IMG/VR virus record: IMGVR_UViG_3300025078_000022
Span: 1 to 24,713 of that record
DNA from: a virus
Taxonomy: Duplodnaviria; Caudoviricetes
Reading direction: 5' to 3' (one strand)
DNA: 24,713 bases
Below are positions 18,636 through 24,310 of the stretch, one piece after another. The first letter of the stretch is position 1; the number at the start of each line of letters is the position of its first letter. The position numbers and the translations under genes were made by a program. Under the pieces are notes generated by a model, which made no database searches, had not been told where the DNA came from, and saw only the letters and a list, made by a program, of their open reading frames with translations.

Positions 18636-18747
18636 ACCTCCTTATAAATTTTAATAATCTAGTTATCCAACTAGTACCTTGAGGTATAGGCTTCTTTGGT
18701 TCTTCTATACCTATACCTCGTTCTGAAGTCCACTTTACTTTATCCAC
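18616..18747 (-). CDS. Small hypothetical protein (43 aa, GTG start), not in ORF track
   Basis: MDKVKWTSERGIGIEEPKKPIPQGTSWITRLLKFIRRYDEKFG*; GGGAG RBS; overlaps both neighbours and fills the gap. Confidence 0.6.
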   Translation of the reverse strand: MDKVKWTSERGIGIEEPKKPIPQGTSWITRLLKFIRRYDEKFG

Positions 18748-19006
18748 CGAGGTACTCCCTTGCTTCCTTGAGTTCCTCATACTGCTCCTCGTCTATCCAA
18801 TCCACGCTGAACTGAAAGTTCTCCCACCTATGGCAGAACCTCACCACATTATCATCATCAAAAAGTAATGTGTATCCTACATGGTCATCAGCACATGCTT
18901 CGACAAAGTCTAATGCACATATAAAACCTTCAGTGTATCCATGAAAGAAACCTAGCACAAAGTTTTGGTGCTTCTCTTTCCAACTTGCTACTGCTCCGTC
19001 TATCAT
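18740..19006 (-). CDS. Acidic hypothetical protein
   Basis: 88-aa ORF with AGGAGGT RBS. Confidence 0.75.
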   Translation of the reverse strand: MIDGAVASWKEKHQNFVLGFFHGYTEGFICALDFVEACADDHVGYTLLFDDDNVVRFCHRWENFQFSVDWIDEEQYEELKEAREYLGG

Positions 19007-19021
19007 AATTACCTCCTGTTA

Positions 19022-19264
19022 TTAATTCCCTATACTTTTTAACCAAGCATCCATCTCACTTGGGGTGTCATCAGGTATAGACACATTACAATCCCAAGGA
19101 TTACCTTGCACATTAACTACCTTGTAATCCCTTTCATTACCACGCACTACACTATGCTCTATCTTGTATTCATCTGTCTTACTATATGAATACCAATAGT
19201 CCATAACATCATGCTCACATGGATGCCTCATAGTTGCACACCCATAACACTTACATTTACTCAT
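19022..19264 (-). CDS. Hypothetical protein with Cys-rich N-terminus
   Basis: 80 aa; CKCYGC.....PCEH; AAGGAG RBS. Confidence 0.7.
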   Translation of the reverse strand: MSKCKCYGCATMRHPCEHDVMDYWYSYSKTDEYKIEHSVVRGNERDYKVVNVQGNPWDCNVSIPDDTPSEMDAWLKSIGN

Positions 19265-19436
19265 CTTTTATTCTCCTTGTTATAAAATTATCACGTTCAA
19301 GGTGGTGCTCATCTTGTTCCAATGGTTCACCACAACAGTTATCCCAACAATTCGGACACCTATCGGGCATCTCATCGAACATTGGTTCACCACAACACTC
19401 ACTTACTAACTCATTAGTATACAGTATTTCTGTCAT
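19257..19436 (-). CDS. Small zinc-ribbon-like protein
   Basis: Start moved to ATG 19436 (MTEILY) behind AAGGAG; SECCGEP...RCPNCWDNCCGEP. Confidence 0.7.
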   Translation of the reverse strand: MTEILYTNELVSECCGEPMFDEMPDRCPNCWDNCCGEPLEQDEHHLERDNFITRRIKDE

Positions 19437-19447
19437 ATTACTACTCC

Positions 19448-20050
19448 TTATCTTATTATACATTTGACATGGAACTCACTTACCATATCTCCATTAGTCA
19501 GAGCCTTATTGCCTATATTACCTGCAACATAATCACACCAACTATCCCACCAATAAGCAGTACCTTTTTTCTGTGTAAATTTTATATACTTACTTATCTT
19601 TTTAATCTTTGTATCTTTTTTTAATCCTTTAGATAGGCTCACATCAGCAGGTTTCATGCCTAATCTTTTTAGATTATGACTATCCAAACATGCCACATTA
19701 AATCCTAACATCTGCAATACAAAACCTGCTTTGACCATACCTAAATTAGGTACTTCAGTTAGCATATACATTAATTCTGTTATTGCCCCTACGTCATTAG
19801 TTTTATCCTTTAATCTAACAATAGTTTTATATAACTTATCCTTATTGGCTATTGTATACTCTAAAGATTTTCTTTTGTTACCCCATAATGCAATAGATTG
19901 TAATCCTTTATTATCTATGTCTAGCATTTGTTTGTAACAACTGCTCAATGGTTGTTGAATTGTGCATTGTGTAAACTGCATTATCCTAACTAATCCATCA
20001 GCATTCTTTAAACCATGACGCTTAATTATATAAGCATCTCTTTTATACAT
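19448..20050 (-). CDS. HhH-GPD superfamily DNA glycosylase-like protein
   Basis: 200 aa; LTEVPNLGMVKAGFVLQMLGFNVACLDSHNLKRLG matches a helix-hairpin-helix with Lys followed by the conserved Asp(-x-His), as in Ogg/Nth enzymes; AGGAG RBS. Confidence 0.7.
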   Translation of the reverse strand: MYKRDAYIIKRHGLKNADGLVRIMQFTQCTIQQPLSSCYKQMLDIDNKGLQSIALWGNKRKSLEYTIANKDKLYKTIVRLKDKTNDVGAITELMYMLTEVPNLGMVKAGFVLQMLGFNVACLDSHNLKRLGMKPADVSLSKGLKKDTKIKKISKYIKFTQKKGTAYWWDSWCDYVAGNIGNKALTNGDMVSEFHVKCIIR

Positions 20051-20058
20051 AATCGCTC

Positions 20059-20244
20059 CTATTTATCATTAACTAATTTATAAAAGAGTTTATCTATTTC
20101 TCTATCGGTCTTTAATGTCATATGTTTAATCAATCCATCCCAATAGAATTTTCTTTTATGACTGGCAATTCCTAATAATGCTTCATGCACTAGGAAATTA
20201 ATCTTATCTTCCTTTGTTTCTTGTTGTACTTCTTTTTTATCCAT
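20059..20244 (-). CDS. Early hypothetical protein
   Basis: Likely start ATG 20244 (MDKKEV) behind GAGGT; the track's GTG start lies within the RBS. Confidence 0.65.
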   Translation of the reverse strand: MDKKEVQQETKEDKINFLVHEALLGIASHKRKFYWDGLIKHMTLKTDREIDKLFYKLVNDK

Positions 20245-20271
20245 TATATACCTCACTTATTTAAATTTAAA

Positions 20272-20290
20272 ATCAAGACAATGTCTTGCT
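20272..20290. promoter_or_regulatory. Palindromic operator-like site 1
   Basis: ATCAAGACAATGTCTTGCT; perfect CAAGACA-A-TGTCTTG palindrome at 20274-20288. Confidence 0.75.
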
Positions 20291-20389
20291 ATTTTTGGTT
20301 ATCCATTATATTTAACCAACAATTTTAAAAAATATGTATATTAACACTTTATAAGTACCAATATACCATAATTTCTAGGCACAACAACT

Positions 20390-20407
20390 GCCCCTATTTC
20401 TAGGGGC
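20390..20407. terminator. GC-rich hairpin directly after the first early gene
   Basis: GCCCCTA-TTTC-TAGGGGC, 6 nt past the stop at 20414; weak U-tract on the minus strand. Confidence 0.55.
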
Positions 20408-20413
20408 TTTGTC

Positions 20414-20854
20414 TTATGCTGCTAATCTTTCTTTTTCTTCATATGCTGCTGCCAGTATCTCATTTTCTTCTATCATCTTGCTGACAAATTCCTGTCTTGT
20501 TACTAAATTTTCAGGACTTGCATATTTTTCAAACATCGCTTCATACTTTGAAAGCCAATTAGTAAGGGCATCTTGACCACCAGATTTAACATATGGTGCA
20601 CTGATGGAGCATTTCTCGCCTTTCTTATTTACATGCAATGTAAGTTTGTCAATATTAAGTACTTTGCATGCTCTTTCAATCTGTTTTTTTAGAGAGCCAT
20701 TTGATAAGGCTTTAACCTCTTTCAAATCAGTGGCAAGTGTAACTAGTCTCTCAATGCCCTCAGGAGTTGCCATCCTATCTGTTATGTCTTGTTGTCTTGA
20801 AACTCCGTCATTTTTCTCTTTCAAAAAACTTATATATAATTCATTATCTGTCAT
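20414..20854 (-). CDS. First early gene, hypothetical protein (candidate regulator)
   Basis: 146 aa, GAGGT RBS, first ORF downstream of the strong promoter, flanked by operator-like sites. Confidence 0.8.
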   Translation of the reverse strand: MTDNELYISFLKEKNDGVSRQQDITDRMATPEGIERLVTLATDLKEVKALSNGSLKKQIERACKVLNIDKLTLHVNKKGEKCSISAPYVKSGGQDALTNWLSKYEAMFEKYASPENLVTRQEFVSKMIEENEILAAAYEEKERLAA

Positions 20855-20880
20855 TTTATTACCTCATATTAAGTTAAAAA

Positions 20881-20899
20881 ATCAGGACAATGTCTTACT
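20881..20899. promoter_or_regulatory. Palindromic operator-like site 2
   Basis: ATCAGGACAATGTCTTACT. Confidence 0.7.
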
Positions 20900-20907
20900 T
20901 TTTCCTC

Positions 20908-20926
20908 ATCAAGACAAAGTCCTGAT
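20908..20926. promoter_or_regulatory. Palindromic operator-like site 3
   Basis: ATCAAGACAAAGTCCTGAT. Confidence 0.7.
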
Positions 20927-20961
20927 GTTTGAATCAATCTTGTTACTTGATTGATGTAAAC

Positions 20962-20990
20962 ATTATCGCATAGATTGATATAAATGTCAA
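20962..20990 (-). promoter_or_regulatory. Sigma70-type early promoter
   Basis: TTGACA (20990-85), 17-nt spacer ending TGC, GATAAT (20967-62): perfect -35 plus extended -10. Confidence 0.85.
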
Positions 20991-21013
20991 GCCCCTACTA
21001 TATAAGGGCTAAA

Positions 21014-21032
21014 AGCAGGACATTGTCTTGAT
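21014..21032. promoter_or_regulatory. Palindromic operator-like site 4
   Basis: AGCAGGACATTGTCTTGAT; reverse complement ATCAAGACAATGTCCTGCT differs from site 1 at one position. Confidence 0.75.
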
Positions 21033-21053
21033 ATTGACCTAATATTCCCATTA

Positions 21054-21205
21054 GAATATAGTAATACAATGATATACTAATGCTCTAATATTATAAAACA
21101 ATTATATAAATAACTATTAATATTAGGATATAACAATACACTAATACAACTGTATAATGATTTAATAATACAAAGATATAACTATATAATAATGTCCTAA
21201 TATAA
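21054..21205 (+). repeat. Octamer array block A: degenerate TAATAYAA units at 8-bp period
   Basis: 19 consecutive 8-nt frames, exact matches at 21062, 21142, 21166, 21198 and many near matches in phase (taatatta, taaaacaa, ttatataa, ggatataa, agatataa, ctatataa). Confidence 0.7.
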
Positions 21206-21223
21206 ATATACATAAGCATACTC

Positions 21224-21375
21224 TAATATAATAATAAAGTAATACAATGACACCCTAATATAACCGAGTCATAATATAAGGAATAATTAATATGAGGTAT
21301 TACTAATATAACCATCCCCTAATACAAGGTACTCATAATATAATCAAGGTATAATATAAGAATGTCCTAATATAG
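21224..21375 (+). repeat. Octamer array block B: 10 x TAATAYAA at exact 16-bp period with unique 8-nt spacers
   Basis: Repeats start at 21224, 21240, 21256, 21272, 21288, 21304, 21320, 21336, 21352, 21368; 8 exact, 2 with one mismatch. Confidence 0.92.
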
Positions 21376-21500
21376 CCACCCCTACCCACCCTTTCGTGGA
21401 AAAAATAAAAAAAGTCGAACCATCCCATAAATAAAATTTAGTATTTTTGGTTTCGGACCTAAGAAATGTGTAGATTACTTCTACATAGTTTAGACATTTA

Positions 21501-21509
21501 TGGTATAAT
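21501..21509 (+). promoter_or_regulatory. Possible extended -10 promoter for the packaging/structural arm
   Basis: TG-G-TATAAT about 200 bp upstream of terS; no clear -35; AT-rich context lowers specificity. Confidence 0.45.
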
Positions 21510-21670
21510 ATGTATATTATTTATTATATACTTAGATTAACTAGAATTAACTAGAGTCAGCATTATTAATCATCAATAAAAGTTAAATGCAAAACCTAGG
21601 AAATCTAGGAATACTAAGTATATATATATTATGTTACATTTATTATTACCAATTAATGATGTTTACTGTA

Positions 21671-21690
21671 TAATATAATATATTATATTA
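21671..21690. repeat. Perfect 20-bp palindrome built from two inverted array octamers
   Basis: TAATATAA-TATA-TTATATTA, 15 nt before the terS ATG. Confidence 0.75.
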
Positions 21691-21705
21691 CTATATGAAT
21701 TAATT

Positions 21706-22287
21706 ATGAGTATAAAAAGTCCTGGTAAGAATTTGAGTACAATAGTATCCAAAGAAGAAGAAAATAACTTAGTAAAAGAATTGAAAGAAGATGCTAAATT
21801 CAAGGCTGCTTCCGTTACTGGCAAGAAACCTTCCGATGTAACAGTTACCATAAAGAAAACAAAAGGAGAAGGCTACGGAAAAGTTAGTAGAGCTGCTGGT
21901 GGAAAGGTTAGTAGAAGACCTAAAGGAAAAACATATTCACCTACTGATGATGACTACGGTAAAGTAGAGGAAATGGTTATTATTGGGTTAGACCAGCACA
22001 CAATAAGTAAGATTATGGGGATTTCAAACACAACCTTACTTAAATACTATAAGCATACATTAGAAACTGCTAGAGAACAAAGAACTGCTAGGGTGGCAGG
22101 TGTGGCATACGAGATGGCAATGTCTGGAGAGAGTGCAGCAATGACTACATTCTGGTTAAAGACACAGGCAGGATGGACACCTAAGCAACATATTGTACAT
22201 GAAGACAGAAACTTTGACGTTAGCTGGTCTGCTGATGAAGAAGACATAGCAGATGCTAATAGAAGGAAAGACGAAAAGGTACATTAA
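21706..22287 (+). CDS. terS: Terminase small subunit (HTH-type)
   Basis: 193 aa directly before terL; HTH-like QHTISKIMGISNTTLLKYY and AM.FWLKTQAGW motif; basic N-terminal extension. Confidence 0.75.
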   Translation: MSIKSPGKNLSTIVSKEEENNLVKELKEDAKFKAASVTGKKPSDVTVTIKKTKGEGYGKVSRAAGGKVSRRPKGKTYSPTDDDYGKVEEMVIIGLDQHTISKIMGISNTTLLKYYKHTLETAREQRTARVAGVAYEMAMSGESAAMTTFWLKTQAGWTPKQHIVHEDRNFDVSWSADEEDIADANRRKDEKVH

Positions 22288-22295
22288 GGAGTTAA

Positions 22296-23588
22296 ATGGG
22301 AGAGGAGAAACGTAAGGGCGTAGTAATACCCTATACGCCTAGAGAATTACAAGCTAAATTACATATAGAGTTAGCTAGGTTTAATGTAGTTGTCTGCCAT
22401 AGGAGATTTGGTAAAACTGTATTTGCTATTAATCAAATGATTAAGTCAGCAGTAGAGGATTTACAAACTGGTAAGAAAGCACCTAGATATGCTTACTTAG
22501 CTCCTTTATTTAAGCAGGCGAAGACTGTAGCTTGGGATGAATTAAAGAGATTGTTAATAGATTTTCCTGATATAAAGTTCAATGAGGCTGAATTAAGAGC
22601 TGACTTTATGGGTGCCAGGATACAGTTATATGGGGCAGATAATCCAGATACTCTGAGGGGAATTTACCTCGATGGGGTTATTTTTGATGAGTATGCCCAG
22701 ATGAACCCTAAGATGTACTCAGAGGTTATAAGACCAGCACTATCAGATAGAAAAGGATGGGCAGTCTTTATTGGTACACCCAAGGGGAAGAATGAGTTTT
22801 ATGACTTATATCATTCTACTAATGACAAAAAGGGTTGGAAGAGATTTTTATTTAAAGCTAGTGAAACGGGGATATTAGATGATGAGGAGTTGGAACTCGC
22901 TAAGCAAGATATGGCGGATACGGAGTTTGAACAAGAGTATGAGTGTTCTTGGTCTGCTGCACTTAGAGGTGCATATTATGCTAAGGAGATTGAAGCAGCG
23001 TATGATGAGGGTAGGGTTGGTAAGGTTCCTTATGACCCATCTAAACAAGTAGTAACTGCTTGGGACCTTGGGGTCTCTGATAGCACCAGTATATGGTTTG
23101 CACAGTATGATGGTAAAGCTATAAATATTATAGATTATTATGAGAGTAGTGGCGAAGGATTACCACACTACATAGATGTATTAAACCACAAAGAGTATAG
23201 GTATGGTGCACATATTGCCCCACACGATATAGTGGTAAGGGAATTTTCTACAGGTAAAAGTAGAAAGGACCTAGCCTTTAGTTTAGGTATAGACTTCCAG
23301 GTTGCACCAAAGTTAAAGGTTATGGATGGTATTGATGCTGTCAGAACTACATTAAATAAATGTTGGTTTGATGAGTTAAAAACCAAGAAGGGCTTAGAAG
23401 CATTACTACAGTATAGAAGTAGTTATGATGATAAGAAGAAGATATGGAGCCAGAAGCCTGTCCATGATTGGACCTCACATGCTAGTGATGCTTTCAGGTA
23501 TCTATGTGTAACAGAACCAGTATTTACAGGGAACGAAAGTGTCTGGTCAAGGGATTTACCTAAGCAAGATTTATCTTGGGTAGTATAG
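22296..23588 (+). CDS. terL: Terminase large subunit
   Basis: 430 aa; HRRFGKT Walker A, LRG..LDGVIFDE Walker B, IGTPKG, nuclease AWDLG and HASDAFRY; AAGGAG RBS. Confidence 0.96.
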   Translation: MGEEKRKGVVIPYTPRELQAKLHIELARFNVVVCHRRFGKTVFAINQMIKSAVEDLQTGKKAPRYAYLAPLFKQAKTVAWDELKRLLIDFPDIKFNEAELRADFMGARIQLYGADNPDTLRGIYLDGVIFDEYAQMNPKMYSEVIRPALSDRKGWAVFIGTPKGKNEFYDLYHSTNDKKGWKRFLFKASETGILDDEELELAKQDMADTEFEQEYECSWSAALRGAYYAKEIEAAYDEGRVGKVPYDPSKQVVTAWDLGVSDSTSIWFAQYDGKAINIIDYYESSGEGLPHYIDVLNHKEYRYGAHIAPHDIVVREFSTGKSRKDLAFSLGIDFQVAPKLKVMDGIDAVRTTLNKCWFDELKTKKGLEALLQYRSSYDDKKKIWSQKPVHDWTSHASDAFRYLCVTEPVFTGNESVWSRDLPKQDLSWVV

Positions 23589-23596
23589 GAGAACAT

Positions 23597-23731
23597 ATGA
23601 ACATAAACCCACAGTGGTTAATAAACAAAATTGAAGAATTACATAAGGATGTTAAGGACTTAAAGGAAATAATTAAAACAGTCCCTACCCCTAAAGAAGA
23701 AACAAAATATCCTATTAACAAAAAGAAATAG
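23597..23731 (+). CDS. Small coiled-coil hypothetical protein (44 aa), not in ORF track
   Basis: MNINPQWLINKIEELHKDVKDLKEIIKTVPTPKEETKYPINKKK*; AGGAG RBS at good spacing. Confidence 0.75.
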   Translation: MNINPQWLINKIEELHKDVKDLKEIIKTVPTPKEETKYPINKKK

Positions 23732-23740
23732 GATTACACC

Positions 23741-23800
23741 GAGATTGCTCAATTAAGAGAATCTCATTTTTAAACCTCGCTTAATAAAAGGAGAATAAGT
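23741..23800 (+). promoter_or_regulatory. ROSE-like RNA thermometer in the hsp20 leader
   Basis: Hairpin GAGATT(G)CTC-AATTAA-GAGAATCTC (23741-65), then CTC(G)CTT (23776-82) pairing with SD AAGGAG (23788-93); contains the UCGCU motif. Confidence 0.7.
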
Positions 23801-24211
23801 ATGAAAGACTTAACAATGTTTGACCCATTTAAAAATTTAACGGTAGGCTTCGATGATGTATTTGAACAACTCAGCGACCTTACACGTTTTGAATTACCAA
23901 AATATCCACCATATAATATAAAAAAGACAGAAGGCAACAAGTACCAACTTGAGATGGCATTAGCTGGTTTCAATAAAGTTGACTTAGATGTGGAAGTTAA
24001 AGACAACACTCTAAAAATTTCTGGAAATACCTCTGATGAAGAGGAAGGTGGTTTTGTTTATAAAGGTATAGCACAAAGAGCATTCACAAGACAGTGGGCT
24101 TTAGTTGATTACCTTAAAGTATTTAACGCTAAGTTCAAGGATGGAGTTCTTACAGTAGATATGGAACTAGACCAGCCTGAAAGTAAAGTAAAGAAAGTAA
24201 AGATTAAGTAG
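23801..24211 (+). CDS. hsp20: Small heat shock protein, Hsp20/IbpA family
   Basis: 136 aa; GFD..F, YPPYNI, EMALAGF, YKGIAQRAFTR, A...DGVL.V alpha-crystallin motifs. Confidence 0.95.
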   Translation: MKDLTMFDPFKNLTVGFDDVFEQLSDLTRFELPKYPPYNIKKTEGNKYQLEMALAGFNKVDLDVEVKDNTLKISGNTSDEEEGGFVYKGIAQRAFTRQWALVDYLKVFNAKFKDGVLTVDMELDQPESKVKKVKIK

Positions 24212-24275
24212 TATGTATGTTTGCTATATTACTTACTGTAGCTTTACTCCTTGCGGTGTTAGCTAGATAAAATCA

Positions 24276-24297
24276 TAGCCCCTCTAACGAGGGGTTA
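24276..24297 (+). terminator. GC-rich hairpin between hsp20 and portal
   Basis: TAGCCCCTC-TAAC-GAGGGGTTA, 9-bp stem with one G.U pair; no U-tract, so possibly a stabiliser or processing site. Confidence 0.5.
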
Positions 24298-24310
24298 CAC
24301 GGAATAATTT

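Noticed and set aside
19323-19397. TGGTTCACCACAACA direct repeat
   Set aside because: Explained by the duplicated CCGEP peptide within the small zinc-ribbon gene.
21224-21375. CRISPR or mini-CRISPR reading of the repeat-spacer array together with the Cas4-like nuclease
   Set aside because: 8-nt repeats and 8-nt spacers are far too short to guide targeting, no cas1/cas2 is present, and solo Cas4-like exonucleases are ordinary phage replication genes.
21536-21555. ATTAACTAGA x2 tandem repeat
   Set aside because: A single short duplication in very AT-rich DNA with no further support.
20855-21705. tRNA or protein-coding genes in the 850-bp gap
   Set aside because: No cloverleaf with a convincing T-arm and acceptor stem, and no ORF with an RBS; the region is better explained as regulatory/terminal DNA.
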